Shown here: positions 25,706-33,104 of the stretch, piece by piece
Layout of the letters: the number at the start of each line of letters is the position of its first letter
Position numbering within the stretch: the first letter of the stretch is position 1
Origin: a virus
Taxonomy: Duplodnaviria; Caudoviricetes
Direction: 5' to 3' (one strand)
DNA length: 33,104 nt
IMG/VR virus record: IMGVR_UViG_3300005077_000102
Coordinates: 1 to 33,104 of that record
Made by a program: the position numbers and the translations under genes
Notes under the pieces: generated by a model
Seen by the model: the letters and a program-made list of their open reading frames with translations, nothing else
Told to the model about the DNA's origin: nothing
Database searches by the model: none

Positions 25706-26652
25706 TCGAGCTCCTCCGGTAGCATCGCGGCCTCGGGGTACTCCTCGATGATCCTGCCGTCGAGGAGTCTGCCGTTGTGCCGTTTCCCCCACCCAAGCCA
25801 CCTGTTGCCCCGTGCGTCAACCGTAATCACGGGCCGCATCGCGAACTGCCGCCTTTTTTCCCCGTGGTCGGGCAGCGTAGTCTGGAACTCCGGCAGCCAC
25901 TCGCCCCATTGCTTGAAGAGTACGGGCACCCCGGCGGCCTTGCATTGCGAAACGATTCCGCGCACCCAATCGGCCTCGGTCGGCCGGGCGCACCGGCCGC
26001 TTTCACCCCCGACGATTACCCAATCGATCCCCGGGATGGTGCCGATTCCCTTCGCGGCCCTCCGCGTGAAGTGCCCCGAGAGGTCGAGCGGGCCGAGAAG
26101 CGGCTCGGCCGAAATGAACCGAGTCTCGGCATCGAACAGCTTGAGCCACCCGATCCGCTCCGCGAGCCGCTCCTGATTCTCCACGCTCACGCCGAAGAGC
26201 AGATTCGGAAGCGGCAGCTGCACGCTGTCGGCCATTGCCGCGAGTTCCGGGTTTGTGCTTGCAATCCCCGACTTGGCCGATTGCATCCGGGTCAACCAGT
26301 CCGCGAATCGAACCGCGAGGTCGGGCCGCTTGGTGAGCACGAGGAACTTGTGCTGCGGGGCCCGGGCGAAAACCGAGAAAACTTCAAGGATCGATGTGAG
26401 CTCGTGCTGCTCGTGGAACAGGTCGCTCATCGAGCAAACGAATATCCTTCGGGGCCTTTTCCAGCGAATAGGCAGGCCGATCCTGTTCGGATGAAAAGTC
26501 GGCGCGAACGGGGAGAGTGCGGGGTAACCCACCCTCCCCGCAAGCCGCACCGAATCCCGCTTCGCGTAGCAGTTCGCGCACCCCTCGCTCACCTTGCTGC
26601 AACCGGTGAAGGGATTCCACGATTCGGTTGCCCATTCGATCTTCGTCGGCAT
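25702..26652 (-). CDS. phage Gp37/Gp68 family (DUF5131) protein, radical-SAM-like
   Basis: TKIEW..WNP.TGC.KVS.GC.NCYA, IFVCSMSDLFH, LTKRP, S.EPLL, WVIVGGESG, FKQWG. Confidence 0.9.
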   Translation of the reverse strand: MPTKIEWATESWNPFTGCSKVSEGCANCYAKRDSVRLAGRVGYPALSPFAPTFHPNRIGLPIRWKRPRRIFVCSMSDLFHEQHELTSILEVFSVFARAPQHKFLVLTKRPDLAVRFADWLTRMQSAKSGIASTNPELAAMADSVQLPLPNLLFGVSVENQERLAERIGWLKLFDAETRFISAEPLLGPLDLSGHFTRRAAKGIGTIPGIDWVIVGGESGRCARPTEADWVRGIVSQCKAAGVPVLFKQWGEWLPEFQTTLPDHGEKRRQFAMRPVITVDARGNRWLGWGKRHNGRLLDGRIIEEYPEAAMLPEELE

Positions 26653-26656
26653 GGTA

Positions 26657-27676
26657 CTACTCCTTCCTTCCGGCGCAGGCCATCAGAGACTCGTACTTGG
26701 CGAGCAGGGCGGCCTTCCAGCACCATCCCGATTCGTAGAAGGCCGCCTGAAGCACATCGAGCGCCTCCACAAGGAGCCACGCCGGGGCGGCCGGGGGCTC
26801 CTCTCCTCCGCGCCGGAGAGGAGCATCCCAGCCCTCGGGGGCGGCCGGGGCGGCCCCGGGGCCGGGGGGGGCGGCCCCCGGGGCGGCCGGGCCCCCGAAC
26901 GGCCCGGAAACGGCCGGAAGCGGCCCGGGGCCGGGGGGCGGCGGGGCCCCCGGGCGGCCCCCGGCGGGGAGGCTCATCCCCGCGCCGGAGAGGCCCTCTT
27001 CCGCGCCGGGGAAAGGCGGCGGGGCGGCGGCGGCGGCGGCGGCGGCGGCCAGCGCCTCCCGCGCCTCCCGCGCCTCCCGCTCGGCGCTCCGCGCGCTTTC
27101 GTACTCGGCCCGCAGCTTGTCGAGGGTATTCCGCTTGAGAAGGTCGGCGGCGGCCTCGTACTCCTGCCAATCCGGGCCGACGCGAATCTCGGTCAGCTGG
27201 TTGATGCGCTTGGCGATGTCATCGGCCACCATCCCGTAGGTCAGAATGCCGAGGTCGCGGATCGAATCGACGCGGGCCTTGAGCCCGGCGACTCTCTTCT
27301 CCTCGCGGGCGGCCTTTTCGCGGAGGGGGGCCTCGTGCGCCTCGATCATCGGCAGCACTTCGCCGGTGAGGGCCGCAGCCTCCGCGTCAACCCGGCGACC
27401 GTACTCCAGACTCTCGGCCTTCGCCTCCTTGCGCCGGTTCTCGATGGCGGCCTTGAGCTTGCGGAGCTTGGCGATGTGGGAGCGGGCCGCCTTTTCCCCC
27501 TCCTCGCTTTCGTAGTCAAACACGGCCTGCGGATGCGCGGCCTTCGCCCGGGCCACCGAATCCCGCACATCGGCGTACTGCTGGCGGATGAAGTCGGCCG
27601 TCAGAATCTGCGGCCTCGCGGCGGCGGTCGATTCCTTCACGGGGTTGTGGCGGGCGTTCTCGATCTCGGTGCTCAT
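26657..27676 (-). CDS. coiled-coil phage protein with Pro/Gly/Ala low-complexity insert
   Basis: AR..IAKLRKLKAAIE.RRKE.K...LEYGR.VD.EA coiled coil; G/C-rich insert ~26780-27080. Confidence 0.7.
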   Translation of the reverse strand: MSTEIENARHNPVKESTAAARPQILTADFIRQQYADVRDSVARAKAAHPQAVFDYESEEGEKAARSHIAKLRKLKAAIENRRKEAKAESLEYGRRVDAEAAALTGEVLPMIEAHEAPLREKAAREEKRVAGLKARVDSIRDLGILTYGMVADDIAKRINQLTEIRVGPDWQEYEAAADLLKRNTLDKLRAEYESARSAEREAREAREALAAAAAAAAAPPPFPGAEEGLSGAGMSLPAGGRPGAPPPPGPGPLPAVSGPFGGPAAPGAAPPGPGAAPAAPEGWDAPLRRGGEEPPAAPAWLLVEALDVLQAAFYESGWCWKAALLAKYESLMACAGRKE

Positions 27677-28014
27677 CGGTCGCTGTCCTCTCTTGCCTTG
27701 CTCCTCGCGGCGAGCACGGTGAGGGCCCGCTGACGGCTCTCGTTGACCCGCACCGCCTCATCGAGGGCAGATTGCACATTGGCGAGCGCACTCATTGCAC
27801 TCGCGTAGGCGTTTTCCAGCCCGCAGATGTAGTCCGCGAGATTCACGGCCACGACCTTGTAGTCTGGAAACCCGACGGTATCGACTATCCGCTGGTGAGC
27901 GAAGCACCGCTCCCGGCCGGGAAGGGCCCCCCGGCGGCAGCCCGCGAAGGAGCAGAATCGAACGGCCGTTGCCGGCTTTTCCGAAAGGCCCTCTGACGCG
28001 ATTCTCGGCTTCAT
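27673..28014 (-). CDS. hypothetical protein with C-x4-C-x9-C-x2-H finger and coiled coil
   Basis: CSFAGC...CFAH; ATGA overlaps. Confidence 0.6.
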   Translation of the reverse strand: MKPRIASEGLSEKPATAVRFCSFAGCRRGALPGRERCFAHQRIVDTVGFPDYKVVAVNLADYICGLENAYASAMSALANVQSALDEAVRVNESRQRALTVLAARSKAREDSDR

Positions 28015-28349
28015 CGGCCTGCCCTCCGAATCTCCACCACCTCGCCCCTCCCGTCGAGCACAGCCTCAAGCGAAGAGTCGAGGTGGAAAACGAATGCGCG
28101 CCCGACGAGGGCGGCCTTGTCGCGGTTCAGGGCCTCGACGGCGGCCCGGTAGTCGGGGGCCGCCCCCTCGGCAGAGTGCAGCACCCACACGGGCGCATCG
28201 AGCGGAAGGTAGCCGATCTCGACCACCACCGGCCGCTCCGGCCACGCACCGATTGCGAAGAGCACGGCCACCAGCAGCGGCACGGAGAGCACCAGCCAGC
28301 CCATCGGCGCGGGCGGGTTCTGCCTGCACCTTCGAATCTCGCGGTTCAT
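28011..28349 (-). CDS. hypothetical membrane protein
   Basis: TM segment WLVLSVPLLVAVLFAIGAW; ATGA overlaps. Confidence 0.55.
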   Translation of the reverse strand: MNREIRRCRQNPPAPMGWLVLSVPLLVAVLFAIGAWPERPVVVEIGYLPLDAPVWVLHSAEGAAPDYRAAVEALNRDKAALVGRAFVFHLDSSLEAVLDGRGEVVEIRRAGR

Positions 28350-28702
28350 AGCTCGCCCCCCACGATCTCGCTGAGTCGCTCCAGCGTCCTGTTGTTCAGC
28401 GCGGTGTACTTCGCGAGCTCCTTCCGCGCATCGCTTGCCCGTTGCCGCCCGACCGAAAGGATGTACCGCAGCGCATCGCCCTCGTCATCGAAGTACCTCC
28501 CCCAAAAGGATTCCCGGGCGTTCCGCTGCTCGTAGTACACCGTGCCTTCGCTCTCGGTGGTGATGCTCATCAGCAGCCAAACCGACTTGTCGGTTGCTTT
28601 CGTAACCTCGACCGTTTCCAGCGTGCAGTCGTACTGTGCCTTCACCCGCCACATCGTTCTCGTGCCGGTCGGCTTCGAGTGGTGCTTTTTCAGCCCGCGC
28701 AT
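28346..28702 (-). CDS. hypothetical phage protein
   Basis: 118 aa, co-oriented; similar pattern to the 25406-25705 product. Confidence 0.65.
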   Translation of the reverse strand: MRGLKKHHSKPTGTRTMWRVKAQYDCTLETVEVTKATDKSVWLLMSITTESEGTVYYEQRNARESFWGRYFDDEGDALRYILSVGRQRASDARKELAKYTALNNRTLERLSEIVGGEL

Positions 28703-28705
28703 CGG

Positions 28706-29254
28706 TCATGCCTCCTTGGTGAATACCTCTGTCCTTCCAGATGTTGGAATCGTGTAGCACCGGCAGCTGATCCCGCCGGTGGCTCGCAGGCCCATCCGGC
28801 GCACGGTGGCGACCAGCAGCGCGGATTCGGCGGCCCCGGCCCGCTCCTTCCCGAAGAAGTCTCGGGGCCAGCCCCTCTGCGTGATTCGCTTGTTGCTGTG
28901 GCTGTAGTCGAGAATCCCCCAACCGTCCGGCACTTCGTGATCCTCGATCATCCCGGCCGGGGCGAGGTAGTACCGCTTGCGGCCGAGCGCGGGAACCCCC
29001 CGCTTGCGCCACGGCTTCGTGCCGTCCGCGAGGAAGTCCGCACGGGAGACTTTCACCTCGATGAGAATCGTGGTCTCCCCGTCCTGCCCCCACCCGAATA
29101 TGTCCGGTTCCTCGTGGTGGCGGCCGGTCGCCCGGGCCTCGGTTGTGACGAGTACGCAGTCCATGCGGCTCAACAGGTACTTCACACCGGCCCGCGTCAG
29201 GGCCCCCGTCGATAACCCGAGCGGTGCGGCCCGCTTGGACGGGGCGGGGCTCAT
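28706..29254 (-). CDS. MmcB-like PD-(D/E)XK nuclease-fold protein
   Basis: E.PD..G....IEVKVSRADF.AD..K....RYY..P......P.GWG.L. Confidence 0.75.
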   Translation of the reverse strand: MSPAPSKRAAPLGLSTGALTRAGVKYLLSRMDCVLVTTEARATGRHHEEPDIFGWGQDGETTILIEVKVSRADFLADGTKPWRKRGVPALGRKRYYLAPAGMIEDHEVPDGWGILDYSHSNKRITQRGWPRDFFGKERAGAAESALLVATVRRMGLRATGGISCRCYTIPTSGRTEVFTKEA

Positions 29255-29637
29255 TGCCAGCCCCCACGGGGGGCGGCGGCGATTCGCCGGAGCCTGCCCG
29301 CCGCTCCCTTCACCGACGAGAGAGCACCGATGAACCGAATCACCTCGTCCGTCCTTATGCGACTACCGGCGGCCCGTGCAACCCGCTGGGCGTGCACTCC
29401 GAGCTCGAACGATTCGGCCCGGAGGTTCAGCGCATCGTCCAGCATCGGTCGGTGCTCGTGGTAGTACCTGAGGAGGGTTGCCGAATCGCTCACCTCCAGC
29501 TTGGCGGCCCTCGCCAGCTCGGTTGCGAGCCGGTTGCGGGCCGCGTTTGAAAGCGGCCGCCCCGTCTGCGTGTAGACCACGGCCGCGCCACCGAGCAGCA
29601 CGGCCACGGCGGCCAAGAGTACGATTGCGATGTTCAT
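29251..29637 (-). CDS. hypothetical protein with N-terminal TM anchor
   Basis: MNIAIVLLAAVAVLLGGAAVVY; ATGA overlaps on both sides. Confidence 0.6.
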   Translation of the reverse strand: MNIAIVLLAAVAVLLGGAAVVYTQTGRPLSNAARNRLATELARAAKLEVSDSATLLRYYHEHRPMLDDALNLRAESFELGVHAQRVARAAGSRIRTDEVIRFIGALSSVKGAAGRLRRIAAAPRGGWQ

Positions 29638-30548
29638 CCCTGTTCTCCCAGCTTGATGGGTTGGTGGTAGGACGGTGGCGCACCGGCGCGGCCGTCTGCG
29701 GGGAAGGCCCCGGAGAGCAGCTTCCTCGCGTTGTCCGGCCGGGTTGCCCAGAAGAAGCTCATCCAAGGGGCCTCGTCGCGCAGGTACTTGCTGGCCCGAA
29801 CGGCAGCGGCGATTCGGCCGATGCTGGCGGCCACCTCCTCTTCGATGCGGAGGAGAGCCGCCTGCTGGAGTTGGGCACCGGAGAGGGCAAGTCTGGTGCC
29901 GGGGAGAGCGCGGTTCCATGCGGCGGCGGCGGCCGCGCTCCCGGGTTGGGGGGCGGCGGCCCAATCGGGGCCCCTCGGGGGGCCGCCCCCCCCGGGCCCC
30001 CCCGTAACGGATTCGCTTACGCTTACGCTTACGGGCCCTATCGGTAGGGGTATCGGTAGGGGTATCGGTGGGGACTCCGGTGGGGGCCCCGGTAGGGGCC
30101 CGCTCTCTCCCGCAACCGAGAGCCCTCGGGCCGCAAGGAGCCCGGCCCAACGGGCGGCGGCGGCGGGGGGCACCAGCCCCCCGACGAACCGAACGGCCCG
30201 GGCCCGTAGGTCGCAGAGCGGCGCGGCCGAGAGATTCGCCGCAAGCCCGGCAAGCTGCTTGTCGTTCAGCCGGGCGGCATCGGTTGCCGTTGCGCCGACG
30301 AGCCAAGCGAGCTCGGTATCAAAATCGTACTCCATCGCGGCCGGTGGCATCGACCTGAGCCCGTCCTCGACCTCGGCCGCCGGGAGCCCCGTGTAGTGGG
30401 ACAGCCGCCTGACGGAGAGGGAGAAGAGCCCGCCGAATCGGCGGTCAGGGATGCACCAGCAGGAGAGCACAAGGAACCGGCAACGGGGGCAAGCGTCGAG
30501 GAACCCCGGCGAGTTCATAACCGTATGTGGAACAAGAGAGTAACCCAT
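29634..30548 (-). CDS. replication initiator / replisome organizer (wHTH)
   Basis: N-terminal wHTH-like F..L..R...L..W...G.F.LS...LS..TGL; low-complexity repeat linker; C-terminal W.SF.W....N..KLL.G.F motif. Confidence 0.7.
   Translation of the reverse strand: MGYSLVPHTVMNSPGFLDACPRCRFLVLSCWCIPDRRFGGLFSLSVRRLSHYTGLPAAEVEDGLRSMPPAAMEYDFDTELAWLVGATATDAARLNDKQLAGLAANLSAAPLCDLRARAVRFVGGLVPPAAAARWAGLLAARGLSVAGESGPLPGPPPESPPIPLPIPLPIGPVSVSVSESVTGGPGGGGPPRGPDWAAAPQPGSAAAAAAWNRALPGTRLALSGAQLQQAALLRIEEEVAASIGRIAAAVRASKYLRDEAPWMSFFWATRPDNARKLLSGAFPADGRAGAPPSYHQPIKLGEQG
30015..30098. repeat. iteron-like repeats inside the initiator gene (candidate origin)
   Basis: GCTTAC x3 (30015-30032), then five tandem 12-mers related to TATCGGTAGGGG (30039-30098). 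Confidence 0.65.
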
Positions 30549-30600
30549 TCCCGTCCTCGGTGGTGGTGGTCGGGGAGGGGCCCGGGGGCCCCGGTAGGTT

Positions 30601-30630
30601 CAAGTTAATTAAATCCGGGCCCGTTCGGAA
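30601..30630 (-). promoter_or_regulatory. promoter candidate for the replication gene
   Basis: TTCCGA-N17-TAACTT with TTAATTAA palindrome; AT island in a GC-rich intergenic region. Confidence 0.45.
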
Positions 30631-30720
30631 GGGGGCCCCGGTCGCCTCGGCCGCCGGTCGCTCTCCGGCGCGGGAGAGAGGGGGCGGGCGGGGCCCCCCT
30701 CTCCGGCGCGGAGGAGAGGA

Positions 30721-31155
30721 TCAGAACGGAAGCTCCTCGTCGGTATCGGTGCCGTAGTACCCGTTCTCGGGGGGCGGCGGCCCCGGCGCTGCGCGGCGGC
30801 CCCCGCCATCCTCGCCACGGTGCCCGCTGCTCTCGCCCCTCCGGCCACCGTCGAGCACGAGCACCCGCAGGGCAGAGAGTCGGAGCGCCCGCTGCTTCTT
30901 GCCGTCCTTGTCCTCGTAGTTGTCCCACTCCATCCTGCACTTGGCAATGATGCCGTCGCCCTTCTTGAGCTCGGTGATGTAGTCGTGGGGCTTCCAGACG
31001 GTGACGCTCCACCAATCGGTTACCTTCCGACCATCGGAATCCTTGTGATCGGTGGCGACGGAGAGCTTCGCGAATCGCACTCCGTTGCGGGTTGAGAGCA
31101 TCTCGGGGTCTTTTCCAAGCCGCCCGATGATGTCGCTGCTTGCCTCGGTCATCAT
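30721..31155 (-). CDS. ssb: single-stranded DNA-binding protein
   Basis: IIGRLGKDPE, LSVAT, TDW..V.VW, LKKGD, YEDKDG; acidic tail DEELPF. Confidence 0.92.
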   Translation of the reverse strand: MMTEASSDIIGRLGKDPEMLSTRNGVRFAKLSVATDHKDSDGRKVTDWWSVTVWKPHDYITELKKGDGIIAKCRMEWDNYEDKDGKKQRALRLSALRVLVLDGGRRGESSGHRGEDGGGRRAAPGPPPPENGYYGTDTDEELPF

Positions 31156-31187
31156 GGTCTGCCTCCGGTGTGGTGGCGGGGGCCGGG

Positions 31188-32105
31188 CTACTTGCCCGGC
31201 TCCGCGTTTTTCGGTTCGGTCGGGTCAACGACTTCAACGGCCCGAGACGCGATGAGATTCTTGATGCACTCGACCGCGTAGGTGTGCGCCAATTCGCTCT
31301 CCCTGCGAAGACGGGCGAGCTCGTTGCCGAACATGGAGTTGGCCCGGTCGCGGATGGCTTCCAGAGTACCGAGCCGTTCGAGACTCTTGACGAGCGCATC
31401 GGCCTTGGCCTTGCCCCGCGCATCGGCCACCGATTGACGCTCGGCCTGCGCGGCGGCCGCTTCCTCCTCGAATCGCCGGTCATCCCGCTGGTGTACTTCG
31501 GTGCCCTGCTCGTCGGGCCGGGGGATCATCAGAAGGTCGCGCACGAAGTAGGAGAAGGTGATCGTTTCCGCGCCGAGAATCGCCTTGTCCATCGGCTTGC
31601 CCTTGCCGACTTCGGCGACCATCGGGATGTCCGGGTAGATTCGGAGGGTGCCGCTTTCCGGGTGCTCAAGGTGGAATGTGCTCTCCACCAGCACCTCCTT
31701 GCTGGAGATTTCCCCCCTCACCTTGCAGACGGGTCGGCTGAGAACGAGCCCGGCATCGTGCAGGGCCTTGCGCCCGGCGGCCAGAATCGCCTCGCTGGAT
31801 GTGTAGTCGAAGTTCGCGTAGTCGTTGCGGGCATCGTGCGCGACCGATTGGAGAGCACGCTGCGCGGCCAGCAGCGCGGTTCCGATGGGGCTCCTTCCGA
31901 CCGGAAGGTCAAGCCCGGGCCCGGCCAGCGCGGGTAGGACGGGCTCCGGGGGGGAAACCTTGCCGGTAACCCGTGGCGGTGGCGAATCCTTGACGGGGGC
32001 GGGATTCGGCGCTTCCGGTTGCGCCGTTTCCCCGGCGGGCTGGCCGAGAGGCAGGGATTCGGCGTTCGGCCGTTCGGCGGCCTTGCTGGTGGTGGCTCTT
32101 GGCAT
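31188..32105 (-). CDS. ERF-family single-strand annealing protein
   Basis: AL..AQ.....V..DA.N....F.Y.S.E.I......AL..AGL; H.ESG; DKA..GA.T....Y...LL.IP. Confidence 0.75.
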   Translation of the reverse strand: MPRATTSKAAERPNAESLPLGQPAGETAQPEAPNPAPVKDSPPPRVTGKVSPPEPVLPALAGPGLDLPVGRSPIGTALLAAQRALQSVAHDARNDYANFDYTSSEAILAAGRKALHDAGLVLSRPVCKVRGEISSKEVLVESTFHLEHPESGTLRIYPDIPMVAEVGKGKPMDKAILGAETITFSYFVRDLLMIPRPDEQGTEVHQRDDRRFEEEAAAAQAERQSVADARGKAKADALVKSLERLGTLEAIRDRANSMFGNELARLRRESELAHTYAVECIKNLIASRAVEVVDPTEPKNAEPGK

Positions 32106-32115
32106 CGGTCGCTCC

Positions 32116-32760
32116 TCAGTACTTCAGGGTGTGCTTGGTGGTGACTGTCACGAGCTTCACGATCCCGGGGTACTCCCCGGATTCGAGCGCCTTCTTGATG
32201 TCAGCCTTGTTCGGTTGCGGCTTGGGGTAGCGCACGAGATCGGGCGCAACGAGTTCAAGCGCCTCGATGTTGGGCACATCGATGCTGGTGCTCGCACGGG
32301 TTGCGAACTTCACGCCGCTGATTTCAAGGGCCGCGTTCCCGCTCTTGTTGACTACACCGTTGGACAGCACGAACTCGATGATCCCGTTCTCGAACGCCGC
32401 GAGGGATTCCTTGAGCCGGTTGGCCCGGTTCTCGGCTTCGAGCACGCGCTCCTCGTAGACCTTCCCGGCGGCAACGGCGGCGGCCGCTTCCGCACGAACA
32501 TCATCGAGGAGCCTGCGTAGGTCAAGGTCGCGGGCCGCGAACTCTGCGGTGATGGCGGGAACGAGCCCCGCGTAGGCCATGCGCGACCTCCATGAAAGCC
32601 CGTTGTCCTCTTCGTGGGGCCGCGAGAGCACGGCGACGAGCCGGTAAAGGTCTTCGTCGCTGCAATCTTGCAGCCATGCAACGGCCGCCCCGCGCTCCTC
32701 GTCGGTGATGGCGAAGGTTTCCCCGTTGCTGGTGGGGGCCGGTGTGGTGGAGTCTGTCAT
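32116..32760 (-). CDS. siphovirus Gp157-like protein
   Basis: Coiled coil then R.S.S..V......P.......PNK..IKKAL..G..PG..L. Confidence 0.7.
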   Translation of the reverse strand: MTDSTTPAPTSNGETFAITDEERGAAVAWLQDCSDEDLYRLVAVLSRPHEEDNGLSWRSRMAYAGLVPAITAEFAARDLDLRRLLDDVRAEAAAAVAAGKVYEERVLEAENRANRLKESLAAFENGIIEFVLSNGVVNKSGNAALEISGVKFATRASTSIDVPNIEALELVAPDLVRYPKPQPNKADIKKALESGEYPGIVKLVTVTTKHTLKY

Positions 32761-32772
32761 CGGTCGAGCCTT

Positions 32773-32958
32773 TCACTTGGTGATCGTTGCGAGAACGCAG
32801 CGGCGGCAGTACGCGCCAACGCTGACCCCGGCGGCAACCGCCGCTTTCTCAATCAGCCGCTTGGTGGCCGAATCGGTCAGGAAGGCGACCGTTTCGGTCA
32901 TCCGGGCCCCGCGAATCGGCGGGCGGCCGAGCGGTGCCCTCAACGGTCGGTTGTTCAT
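32773..32958 (-). CDS. ribbon-helix-helix DNA-binding protein
   Basis: GRPP, beta strand TVAF, helices K..IEKAA..AG.SV..Y.R; first gene after the promoter. Confidence 0.7.
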   Translation of the reverse strand: MNNRPLRAPLGRPPIRGARMTETVAFLTDSATKRLIEKAAVAAGVSVGAYCRRCVLATITK

Positions 32959-32990
32959 CGGTGGCTCCTTTCGCTTTGAGACTACTTCGG

Positions 32991-33020
32991 CAAGTTAATA
33001 AACAATTTCCTTAAAGGGTA
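32991..33020 (-). promoter_or_regulatory. AT-rich promoter region for the regulator/recombination operon
   Basis: - strand TTTAAGGAAATTGTTTATTAACTTG; -10-like TAACTT/TATTAA, poor -35. Confidence 0.55.
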
Positions 33021-33104
33021 GACCGGGGGGCCGGTAGGTGCTCTGCCGGGCGGGAGAGAGCACCGGCGCGGCGGCCCTCTCCGGCGCGGGGAAAAGGGGG
33101 GCCG

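Larger units (their letters stand above)
1..33104. mobile_element. Tailed dsDNA bacteriophage genome (siphovirus-like), probably near-complete
   Basis: Terminase, portal, protease, capsid, tail, tape measure, lysis and replication/recombination modules all present; no host housekeeping genes; no tail sheath seen. Confidence 0.95.

Noticed and set aside
26799-30720. Invertible segment bounded by the 22-bp inverted repeat
   Set aside because: No recombinase/invertase gene, and inversion would break the 26657-27676 CDS; kept only as a dispersed motif

Overview
A GC-rich (roughly 70%) tailed dsDNA bacteriophage genome, siphovirus-like, probably near-complete and broken at a G/C-only tract. Almost everything is on the - strand. 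Reading right to left: RHH regulator, Gp157-like protein, ERF recombinase, SSB, replication initiator with internal iterons, small accessory genes (MmcB-like nuclease, Gp37/Gp68), then a translationally coupled ParB + ABC-ATPase/GNAT fusion + formyltransferase cassette running straight into TerS/TerL. The PBSX-like head module has its portal and gp7/MuF pair inverted onto the + strand. It is followed by neck/tail genes with a -1 frameshifted chaperone, a signal-peptide-bearing beta-helix gene split by a 1-nt frameshift, a lysis block with canonical and permuted NlpC/P60 enzymes, a strong terminator, and two promoter-led clusters of small early genes ending in a DUF932-like gene. I saw no integrase, tRNA or CRISPR array. 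The best candidate for a new system is the packaging-linked DNA acyl/formyl-modification cassette. Other sequence-level signals are about 10-fold GAWTC enrichment in the sampled core genes, an ACCG-ATG start motif, and long A/T-free tracts placed just upstream of the early promoters. Family assignments come from motif recognition by eye, not database searches.
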